Positions 34,526-42,484 of a stretch of DNA of 64,000 bases are shown here, piece after piece. Within the stretch, counting starts at the first letter, position 1. The number at the start of each line of letters is the position of its first letter. This stretch comes from Minisyncoccota bacterium. GTDB taxonomy: Bacteria > Patescibacteriota > Minisyncoccia > Phycocordibacterales > UBA9973. A model generated the notes under the pieces. That model had not been told where the DNA came from, ran no database searches, and worked only from the letters and a program-made list of their open reading frames with translations. The translations under genes were made by a program, and so were the position numbers. Location of the stretch: the NCBI GenBank assembly GCA_041664745.1, contig JBAYKD010000003.1:29412-93411 (forward strand), in the 5' to 3' direction.

Positions 34526-37500
34526 CTATAAAAGACTAATCTTAAATATTAATTCCCCAATTTTTATTTCTGTGCCCTCTACTTCTTTTATTTGTATTTC
34601 TTTGGCACTGACTGTCTTTATGAGTTCTGTCTTAAATTTATTTATTAATTTCTGCCCATTTACATTTGTACTGATAACAAGAGTAACAACATCATTAGGA
34701 TTTAATCCTTTATTCTTTCTCTCATCTTGAATCGCTCGAATAAGCTCACGATACTGACCTTCAAAACGAAGATCCTCTGTAATATGAGTATCGAGCTCTA
34801 TTTTTTGTTCTTCTCCTTCTATAAATTTAACATTCTTTATGTTTAATTCATCCTTCAATATTTCAATGTACTCATCCTTAATCTTATACTTAGTTGCTAT
34901 TAATTTATTTAATGGCTGACGTACTGGTATTCCAACTTTTTGTCTGGCTTGTAATCCAAGAGTGACAACTTCACGAACTTCTTTCATTTCTTTAATAATT
35001 TCAGTATTTATATTTTTAACTTCAATATTTGCGACAAAATCTGTGAGATGAATACTAATAGAATCTCCATCCAATCTTAATTTCTTCCATACATCTTCGG
35101 CTATAAATGGCATAAACGGAGCAAAAAGTTTTGCTGTCGTTTTCAATACAAAATACAAAGTACTCTTGGCCTCTTTGTCTCCATCCTTTATTCGATCCCT
35201 TGAACGACGTAAATACCACGTTGAAAGATCTTCAATAAATAATTCATATGGTTTGGTGGATAAAGATAAATCATATATCTCCATACCATCTTTCATTTCA
35301 TTAATAAATTGATATAGTCGAGCAATTATCCACTGATCTAAAATGTTTGTCGATGCTTTATATTCCATACCTTCAATATCATGATCACGATAAAGTTCGT
35401 AAAAAGCTACTACGTTGTCAAAACGACTTATAATCTTGCTTGAAACTTCTTGAACTAATTTCTCAGAGAAATTTACATCTTCACCTTTCATTAAAGTACT
35501 AGACATCAGATAAAAACGAAGAGCATCAACTCCATACTTGTTGAACAAAAGCCAAGGGTCTGGAAAATTCATTTTTGATTTCGCCATTTTACTTCCATCT
35601 TCGGCTAAAACTGTACCGGTGGTCACTATATTCTCAAATGGTGCTTTACCAAATAAAATAGTAGAAATAACATGTGTATAGTAAAACCAAGTTCTCGTCT
35701 GAGCAATATACTCAGCTACAAATCCTCCAGGGAAATTGTCTTTCTGCCAATTCGGATTTTCAAATGGGAAGTGATCTTGAGCGAAAGGCATTGACCCTGA
35801 CTCAAACCAACAGTCAATAACTTCTGGAATCCTTTTGTATTCTTCTCCATCCTCACCAACTAAAATAATCGAATCTATATAAGGACGATGAAGATCTACC
35901 TCGTAATTACTATTGTGTGGAAGTGGAACAAAAGGAAGTGAGACTGCTTCTGCATTATCTAAATAATTATAACTCTTCTCGGGACCTACTAGATCAAGAG
36001 TTTTCTCTATACTTAAATTATTTACGCCAGCATACATGAGCCATACGGGACTTCCGTGCGTAATAATCAAAACATTTTTACCGGAATAACTTTTCTCAAT
36101 ATCATACAAGAAGCTCATAGATCTGCGTCGAACTTTTTCATATGATTCATTACCAATTGGTGCTTTGTAAAAATTTTCTACTGTTTTTGGAAAATCATTA
36201 TGATACTCTAACCATTTCTTGCCTTCATACATAGGAACTGACATTTCATGAAGACGATCATCAAAAATAATTTTCTCTTTATCGAAGCCAATAGCCTTCG
36301 CTACTAATTCTGCAGTCTCTTTTGTTCTCACAAAAGGAGAAGTGATTATCACATCAATATTTTCATTTTTTAATCCCTCCCCTGCTTTCTCTGCTTGGCT
36401 GCGTCCAAGTTCTGTAAGATTATCGTCATTATTTACTGTATCACTTATCAAACCTTTTACATTACACTCCGTCTCTCCATGACGCATCATGAAATATTTG
36501 TTACCAGACTTTTTTACTTTTGATTTTAAATCTTCTAGTGAACTTACCATCATCACCTTGCCTTCTTTTGACTTCCAAATAGGAAGAGGACTCGCCCAAT
36601 AACGGTTACGAGATATGGTCCAGTCTGGTGCCGACTCCATAGTATTCTTGAAGCGTCCTTCTTTTAAGTGACCTGGAATCCAATTCATATCTTCACCTTT
36701 TAAAAGTAAATCATTCTTTACTTTTTGAATATTCACAAACCAAGATGGAAGTGCATAATAAAGAAGAGGAGTCTCACATCTGTAACAATGAGGGTATGAG
36801 TGAATTATTTTCTCTTTAGCGAAAAGGATACCTTTTTGAGCAAGATACTTAATGATCAAGACGTCTGTCGATTGATGATCCTCCTTTGGTTTAACTTTCA
36901 CATTTGGGAAATCAACTATCTCTTTTGAGAAATCTCCATTGGGTTCTACATGACGAATAAAAGGAATGTTGTGTTCTTTGGCCAAATTCATATCATCTTC
37001 ACCAAAAGCTGGAGCTTCATGTGCAATACCTGTACCCTTATCTATGGTTACAAAATCTGCATGCCAAATTTTCCAAATATTTTCCTTATTTGGCATATCT
37101 ACATTCTTGTAGTAATCAAATATTGGCTCATATGAAAGGCCAACGAGTTCATTACCTTTAAGTTCTTTTACTTCTACTTGTGTTTCATTGTATCCATTTA
37201 ATAAATATTTTTTATTCTTCAATACACCTGATCCTTCTTCAATACCATCAGGGTGAGAGATAAAATGATTAAAATAATCTTTACTGAATAAATAACTTTC
37301 GCCATTTTTAAATATTACATTTTTACTATCTAATATAGTCATCTGGATGTACTCAATATCATTATTTACCGCAATCGCCGTATTTCCTGGAAGAGTCCAA
37401 GGCGTTGTCGTCCAAGCAAGTAAATATGTATCTTTATATTTTTCATCTAAAATTTTAAACTTCACATAGACAGAAATATCTGTAATATCTTTATAACTAT

Positions 37501-38104
37501 TATCCATAGCTATTTCGGAATTTGCTATCGGAGTCTCACAACGTGGACAATAAGCAAGAACTCTCACTCCTTCATAGAGTAATCCCTTCTTGTTCATCTC
37601 ACCTAGCGCCCACCAGACACTCTCTATGAAAGTGTTATCCATCGTTTTATATGAATTATCAAAATCTACCCAGCGTCCCATACGATCGACTGTCTTCTTC
37701 CATTCATTTACATAAGTAAGAACTTTACTGCGAGCATGATCGGTAAATTTATCTATACCGAGAGCTTCAATAGCTTTCTTGCCTGAAATTCCTAAATCTT
37801 TTTCAACAATATTTTCGATCGGTAATCCATGACAATCCCAGCCCCAACGACGAGGTACGGTATAGCCACTCATGGTCTTGTACCTACCAATAACATCTTT
37901 CACAGTACTACCGAGAATGTGCCCATAGTGAGGAAGCCCTGAAGCAAAAGGAGGTCCATCATAAAAAACATACTTTCCTTTTGGTGCATCTTTCTCTAGA
38001 CTTTTTTTGAAGACGTCATTCTCTTTCCAGAATTGCAAAATAGCTTCTTCTCGGAGTGCTAATTGCGACTTCACTATTTCATTTGCTTTCTTTTTATCTT
38101 CCAT
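34526..38104 (-). CDS. ileS: Isoleucine--tRNA ligase carrying an inserted histidine-phosphatase (PGAM-like) domain
   Basis: HIGH-type motif (PHYGHILG), CP1 editing motif WTTTPWTLPGNTA and KMAKSKMN. The 1192-aa length is explained by a ~200-aa RHG...H domain between IWKSKEGKVMMV and DLHRPYID. Confidence 0.9.
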   Translation of the reverse strand: MEDKKKANEIVKSQLALREEAILQFWKENDVFKKSLEKDAPKGKYVFYDGPPFASGLPHYGHILGSTVKDVIGRYKTMSGYTVPRRWGWDCHGLPIENIVEKDLGISGKKAIEALGIDKFTDHARSKVLTYVNEWKKTVDRMGRWVDFDNSYKTMDNTFIESVWWALGEMNKKGLLYEGVRVLAYCPRCETPIANSEIAMDNSYKDITDISVYVKFKILDEKYKDTYLLAWTTTPWTLPGNTAIAVNNDIEYIQMTILDSKNVIFKNGESYLFSKDYFNHFISHPDGIEEGSGVLKNKKYLLNGYNETQVEVKELKGNELVGLSYEPIFDYYKNVDMPNKENIWKIWHADFVTIDKGTGIAHEAPAFGEDDMNLAKEHNIPFIRHVEPNGDFSKEIVDFPNVKVKPKEDHQSTDVLIIKYLAQKGILFAKEKIIHSYPHCYRCETPLLYYALPSWFVNIQKVKNDLLLKGEDMNWIPGHLKEGRFKNTMESAPDWTISRNRYWASPLPIWKSKEGKVMMVSSLEDLKSKVKKSGNKYFMMRHGETECNVKGLISDTVNNDDNLTELGRSQAEKAGEGLKNENIDVIITSPFVRTKETAELVAKAIGFDKEKIIFDDRLHEMSVPMYEGKKWLEYHNDFPKTVENFYKAPIGNESYEKVRRRSMSFLYDIEKSYSGKNVLIITHGSPVWLMYAGVNNLSIEKTLDLVGPEKSYNYLDNAEAVSLPFVPLPHNSNYEVDLHRPYIDSIILVGEDGEEYKRIPEVIDCWFESGSMPFAQDHFPFENPNWQKDNFPGGFVAEYIAQTRTWFYYTHVISTILFGKAPFENIVTTGTVLAEDGSKMAKSKMNFPDPWLLFNKYGVDALRFYLMSSTLMKGEDVNFSEKLVQEVSSKIISRFDNVVAFYELYRDHDIEGMEYKASTNILDQWIIARLYQFINEMKDGMEIYDLSLSTKPYELFIEDLSTWYLRRSRDRIKDGDKEAKSTLYFVLKTTAKLFAPFMPFIAEDVWKKLRLDGDSISIHLTDFVANIEVKNINTEIIKEMKEVREVVTLGLQARQKVGIPVRQPLNKLIATKYKIKDEYIEILKDELNIKNVKFIEGEEQKIELDTHITEDLRFEGQYRELIRAIQDERKNKGLNPNDVVTLVISTNVNGQKLINKFKTELIKTVSAKEIQIKEVEGTEIKIGELIFKISLL
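35906..36502 (-). other. Histidine phosphatase superfamily (branch 1, PGAM/cofactor-dependent mutase-like) domain inserted in IleRS
   Basis: YFMMRHGETECN (RHG), SPFVRTKETA (second Arg), HEMSVPMYEGK (Glu) and LIITHGSPV (second His), covering aa ~535-733 of the ORF. Confidence 0.75.
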
Positions 38105-38150
38105 ATATTTAAATTTTTATAACTAATAATATTTTTCTATATTTTCTCTA

Positions 38151-38184
38151 GTGGCATATCTACGCCATGGCGTAGATATGCCAC
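38151..38184. repeat. 34-nt perfect palindrome in the ileS 5' UTR
   Basis: GTGGCATATCTACGCCATGGCGTAGATATGCCAC equals its own reverse complement (15-bp stem, 4-nt loop). It lies between the T-box terminator and the ileS ATG. Confidence 0.7.
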
Positions 38185-38190
38185 TTCAAT

Positions 38191-38394
38191 AAAAAAACTC
38201 GTCCACGTACAACAATTACAATAATTGCTATACAAGGACGAGCTTCTCTCGTGGTACCACCTCGTTTACTTCTCATTTAAAGGGTTCTACTTCGTCGTGA
38301 GGTCTTGCCTCACGATGTTTCTTCCCAATGCTCCGAGGCGATAACCTCTTCACTGCATATACTTGAATAATAACACCAAAATAAAAATTTGCAA
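38191..38394 (-). promoter_or_regulatory. T-box riboswitch leader of ileS (promoter, short Stem I region, T-box/antiterminator, terminator)
   Basis: On the minus strand, TTGCAA-16 nt-TATTAT is followed by ...AACGAGGUGGUACCACGAGAGAAGCUCGUCC. The core GGUGGUACC matches the conserved T-box sequence. CUCGUCC can pair either with upstream ACGAG or with downstream GGACGAG, which is followed by U7 (a long terminator stem). AUC (Ile) triplets lie at 38340-38342 and 38314-38316. Confidence 0.75.
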
Positions 38395-38514
38395 GAAAAT
38401 TAATCTGGGTGTAGTATCTAATCGAATTGCACTTTTTAGGACATTACATTTAGATGGGTGTCTATAAGATTATTTTTCAAAAATTGGTTTAATGCGCGCT
38501 TATATAAACTAGTC

Positions 38515-38795
38515 AGAAAAAAGTAATCTTTTAAAGGAATCACACGTTGGAACAACACAGCCAAAATGCTGAAAAGCAGAAGAACGTTGGTGTGCCGAGG
38601 TGGTTAGGTGTCAAACTGAAGGATCAGGAAATACGTGCCAGCAGACGCGGTTATACGTATACCTAATTCAGGTTCAGCAATTCTAGCTTTGAAAGGGAAA
38701 CATATAGCGAAAGCTAGACCAAGTGGCCAAGAAGTATCCCACTCAAAGTGAAAAGACCCTGTCTGTTCTAACGAGCAGCAGGGTTCTTTTATTTT
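38515..38795 (+). ncRNA. Unclassified structured RNA containing a 16S rRNA helix-18/530-loop look-alike; 5' end uncertain
   Basis: No ORF is present. Stems include CTAGCTTT(38683-90)/AAAGCTAG(38710-17), ATACGT/ACGTAT around GTGCCAGCAGACGCGGTTATAC (38635-38656), and AGTGG/CCACT. The region ends in a strong intrinsic terminator, ACCCTGTCTG...CAGCAGGGT followed by TCTTTTATTTTTT. Confidence 0.55.
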
Positions 38796-40466
38796 TTATA
38801 TGACTTCATTCTGATAACACTTTTCACAATAAATTATTTCAGGACGTTCTGGTGCATAAGATGTCTCAAATTCATTTGTACACCCTTCTTTCATACAAGA
38901 ACGATGCCAGAGTTTATTTGGTCCACGAGATTTTATTCTTCTATAGTGTCTACAATCAGGACAAAGTCGAGGAAGTGGAACATCTAGTTTTTTGTAAAAT
39001 AAAAATTCATTAGGAATTACTTTATAATTCTTGCTACAAGATTCACAGACATAAATTTCTTGTGTTGCATCAAAATCAATCTCAGAGAAACTTTCTGGTA
39101 TTTCTTCTATCTTCTTCGTTTCTTTATCATATGTCCCTCTTTCTGTATCTTCCCACTTAAAACCTTGAGATAAAGCTTTTTCTTTAGATAATATAAACTG
39201 CTCATAAGCTGGAGTCTCGTTGTAACCAAAGCAAGATAAGTCTTTATTAAAGAATTCTCCATACCGTCCACTTTCTCTTAATTCATTTTTTATTTTATTT
39301 AAAATCTCTTCATACTCTTTCTTTTCATATTGTTTATTTAAAATACAATAATTCTTTTTCCTTAAACCTACACAACCAAAACAATTATTGGAATTGAAAC
39401 AATACATAGAATATTCTACAAATGAACAAGTCCAACAAAGAGCATCACAAATTAGATTTGAATTATCAATACCTGTATTTATAGAATTATAAATAAGGGA
39501 AGCATTTCTACCCGCAGTATCACAGTCCATAGTATCTTTAGCATTACGCCATATATGTACCCCATATTTATTATCTTCAGCCTCATAACAGTGGAAACAT
39601 GATCTACAATTTTTTACATTTTTCATATAAGAACCTGTAGAATTTACAGCTTTCATTATTTCTGCAAATTTACGAGGTTGCTTCTTCAAAAAATCTTCAT
39701 ATTTTTCTCTAAAGTTTTTAATTCCTGAAGAAGTATTAATCGCTAATTCTTTTTTAATTTTTTCATATTCTTCTTTTGAATATTTTTCATTAAAAATATA
39801 ATTACTTTTATCCCGCAAATTTATACATCCAATACAATCCGTGCAACCTTTGCAATCGGTTAAAAAGTAACTTGTCGTACAATCATGACATCCTTTACTA
39901 TATAAAAGCTTATAGGAATTGTAACAATCATCAGATTCATAAGTCAGCTCACATTTTGAAGCAAAAGAAGTATCTACTACATCCCTACATTCTTGAATCC
40001 AATAAGAGTGAATAGAATCTTCGTTGTTTGATGATTCTATAATAAAATAACAATTCTTATTATCAGCAGAGATATTGGTATAATCACTCCCAGGACTTCG
40101 CATATAGATAAGTGAAACCTTAGGGACAGATTGCCACAACTTTTTAAATTGTTCAAAAAATGAAATCTCCGGATTATAATCTAAGCCATAATCTTCCCCT
40201 CCCCAATCATCAGCAAACCAACAATCATAACACCAAATCTTAAATGGCTTGTTTTCTGAATACATTGATATTACATCTTTATCACATTTATCACATTTCC
40301 TTTTATAAAAAGTTCTTTCATTACGAAAACTTAAGCGAAGTTGAGCCCTACAATCTGGACATATGGAAGGAGCATTTATTCCTATCTTTTCATAAAAACC
40401 AAAATCATCAGATTCTATAATAAAGTCTTTTTTACAATTCTGACATATTTTGGTTTGAGAATTCAT
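38796..40466 (-). CDS. Cys-rich hypothetical protein with terminal zinc-ribbon modules and an internal duplicated Cys-cluster domain
   Basis: The N-terminal CQNCKKDFIIESDDFGFYEKIGINAPSICPDCRAQLR is mirrored by the C-terminal CESCSKNYKVIPNEFLFYKKLDVPLPRLCPDCRHYRR. The internal repeat CHDC...CKGCTDCIGCINLRDKSNYIFNEKYSKEEYEKI pairs with CWTC...CFNSNNCFGCVGLRKKNYCILNKQYEKKEYEEI. Confidence 0.6.
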   Translation of the reverse strand: MNSQTKICQNCKKDFIIESDDFGFYEKIGINAPSICPDCRAQLRLSFRNERTFYKRKCDKCDKDVISMYSENKPFKIWCYDCWFADDWGGEDYGLDYNPEISFFEQFKKLWQSVPKVSLIYMRSPGSDYTNISADNKNCYFIIESSNNEDSIHSYWIQECRDVVDTSFASKCELTYESDDCYNSYKLLYSKGCHDCTTSYFLTDCKGCTDCIGCINLRDKSNYIFNEKYSKEEYEKIKKELAINTSSGIKNFREKYEDFLKKQPRKFAEIMKAVNSTGSYMKNVKNCRSCFHCYEAEDNKYGVHIWRNAKDTMDCDTAGRNASLIYNSINTGIDNSNLICDALCWTCSFVEYSMYCFNSNNCFGCVGLRKKNYCILNKQYEKKEYEEILNKIKNELRESGRYGEFFNKDLSCFGYNETPAYEQFILSKEKALSQGFKWEDTERGTYDKETKKIEEIPESFSEIDFDATQEIYVCESCSKNYKVIPNEFLFYKKLDVPLPRLCPDCRHYRRIKSRGPNKLWHRSCMKEGCTNEFETSYAPERPEIIYCEKCYQNEVI

Positions 40467-40469
40467 AAT

Positions 40470-40742
40470 CTATTTATTCTTTATCCAATACTTTTTTACA
40501 ATAGGTATTGATTGAGTAGAAAGAATGAAACCAAGTACAGGAATCAAAGCACTTAAATATGGTTTAGACACTCCAATACTATATAGAACAAAAATAGCTG
40601 CAATATAAGTAATAATGCTTATAGATAAAATTCTGATAAAACTTGTCTCCCAAGCCTTATCAAGCTCTACCCTTTTATTTCTCTCCTCTATTTTATTTAA
40701 TCTTTCTTCTACTGTATCCATAATATTCTTTATACTAATCAT
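40470..40742 (-). CDS. Small membrane protein (coiled-coil N-terminus + 2 TM helices), hypothetical
   Basis: 90 aa, tightly packed between argS and the Cys-rich gene. Confidence 0.4.
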   Translation of the reverse strand: MISIKNIMDTVEERLNKIEERNKRVELDKAWETSFIRILSISIITYIAAIFVLYSIGVSKPYLSALIPVLGFILSTQSIPIVKKYWIKNK

Positions 40743-40770
40743 TAAAACCTAACTAATATAAACTAATTCT

Positions 40771-42483
40771 CTACATTTTCTCTGGAACTTCAATGCCTAA
40801 GAGCCAGAGGCCATTCTTCATAGTTTGATAAAATGACTTCACAAGATCTAAGTGATAAGCCATATATTTATTTTCTTCTGCAAGTATTTGAGTATTACCG
40901 TAGAAAGTGTTGAAGGCACTTGCAAGTAGGGTCAAGTACGTTGCTATGTGATGCGGTTCAAGCGACTCATATGCATAAGATACAACTTCAGGGAATTGAT
41001 ATAGGAATTTTTCTAAATCTGTGACATTCTCTGGAATTTCTTTCTTTCCATCAGTATTAAATTTAACTGCTTTTGAAATAATCGAATTTGCTCGAACTGT
41101 TGTGTATTGTAGATATGGACCCGAATCACCTTCGAAAGAAATAGATTTTTCAAAGTCGTAAATAATATTACTTCCAAGTGAAGATCTAAGGATTGAATAT
41201 TTGAGTGCTGCCACTCCCACTACTTCAGAAATTTTCTTTTTCTCTTCATCTTTTAATTCGCGATCTTTTACTTTCTCAAGAACGATATCCATTGAATCTC
41301 GTAAAAGCAACTCACCTGTAATTACATTCCCTTTCCTTGAAGACATCTTGCCAGAAGCTAAACGCATCATACCGTGAGTAATATGCTGCATACGTGATTC
41401 TAAATCTGGATGCATTATAGAAAGGGCCTTTTGCACAACTTTCATATACTCAGCTTGCTCGATAGCCGTCGTCACAATAGAAACATCAGGGTTCTCTTTT
41501 TCAAATTTTGTTATTGTTAGACCTATCTCTTTTGATTCATATGTTGGTAAACCCTTAGAATTTATAAATACACGAGTATGTAACCTTGGATCATATTTCT
41601 CGCCATGGAAAACAATAGCTCCATCGGACTCGTCGAAAACTTTGCCAACATTTTCCCTGACAATCTTCTCTCCCATCACGGCCATTTCACTTTCAAAAAA
41701 GTAATATTCAAATTTTGTTCCAAGAATTTTATATATTTCTTCAAAGGCTTCAAGAGTTACTTTTCTACCCCAATCATAAATTTTATTGATCTCTACATCA
41801 CTTCTATCGTAAACTTTTTTATTTATAACTTCTATTTCTTCTTTAGCATTTTCATCTGTATCATATAGATTACTTCCCTTTGAATAGCATTCACCAATAT
41901 ATTGCGCCTGTTCTGCGACTGATTTTGAACTATCTGTTAATCCAAACTTTATAAGGCCATATATTGCCTTGGCTACGTGTGGGCCAACATCACCTTGATA
42001 ATTCGCATGAATAGTCTTTGCACCAGAGAACTCCATAATACGAGAAATAGACTCACCTATAGAATTACTCATAAGATGCCCAATATGAAAAGGTTTAAAT
42101 GGATTCGGCTGAGTATATTCAACCATCACCTTCTTGCCCGACAATAATTCATTCCTCCCCCAATCATCTCCTTTTTCTAAAATATCTTTCACGCTAGAAG
42201 TAAAAAAATCTCGTGATAGATAAAAATTTATGAATCCCGGACCTGCTATTTCTACTTTTTCAATTCCACCGAAGCCTTGCTTCGGTAAACCCTTTAATTC
42301 TATAATTATTTTTTCGGCTAACTCTTTCGGATTAGTTTTAAGTCCTTTTGCACAAACCATTGCTACGTTTGTGGAATAATCTCCATTCTTAAAATCTTCT
42401 GGGTGTTCAATAGAAAAATTCACATCCTCAATGTTAAGATTTTTCAATGCTTCTTTTATTAATTTTTCTATTTGTGACTTCAT
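40771..42483 (-). CDS. argS: Arginine--tRNA ligase
   Basis: An Arg_tRNA_synt_N region, the PNPFKPFHIGHL HIGH-type motif and a DALR anticodon-binding C-terminus ending in M. The ATG at 42483 follows the dut stop; the track start at 42516 is a GTG inside dut. Confidence 0.9.
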   Translation of the reverse strand: MKSQIEKLIKEALKNLNIEDVNFSIEHPEDFKNGDYSTNVAMVCAKGLKTNPKELAEKIIIELKGLPKQGFGGIEKVEIAGPGFINFYLSRDFFTSSVKDILEKGDDWGRNELLSGKKVMVEYTQPNPFKPFHIGHLMSNSIGESISRIMEFSGAKTIHANYQGDVGPHVAKAIYGLIKFGLTDSSKSVAEQAQYIGECYSKGSNLYDTDENAKEEIEVINKKVYDRSDVEINKIYDWGRKVTLEAFEEIYKILGTKFEYYFFESEMAVMGEKIVRENVGKVFDESDGAIVFHGEKYDPRLHTRVFINSKGLPTYESKEIGLTITKFEKENPDVSIVTTAIEQAEYMKVVQKALSIMHPDLESRMQHITHGMMRLASGKMSSRKGNVITGELLLRDSMDIVLEKVKDRELKDEEKKKISEVVGVAALKYSILRSSLGSNIIYDFEKSISFEGDSGPYLQYTTVRANSIISKAVKFNTDGKKEIPENVTDLEKFLYQFPEVVSYAYESLEPHHIATYLTLLASAFNTFYGNTQILAEENKYMAYHLDLVKSFYQTMKNGLWLLGIEVPEKM

Positions 42484-42484
42484 A

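Noticed and set aside
38626-38664. The helix-18 look-alike might be a leftover fragment of a 16S rRNA gene.
   Set aside because: Sequence immediately 5' and 3' shows no resemblance to h16/h17 or to the conserved GGGCGTAAAG that follows h18. The stem carries a compensatory change and the unit has its own terminator. This cannot be fully excluded without the organism's own 16S.
38400-38795. The ncRNA region might be RNase P RNA, SRP RNA, tmRNA or 6S RNA.
   Set aside because: It lacks the near-universal GAGGAAAGUCC and ACAGAAnnCGGCUUA motifs of RNase P. It lacks the GGAAGCAGC / GNRA helix-8 motif of SRP RNA. It lacks a tRNA-like GGUUCGAnUCC...CCA end and a tag ORF for tmRNA. The size and shape do not fit 6S. 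This needs confirmation with cmscan.
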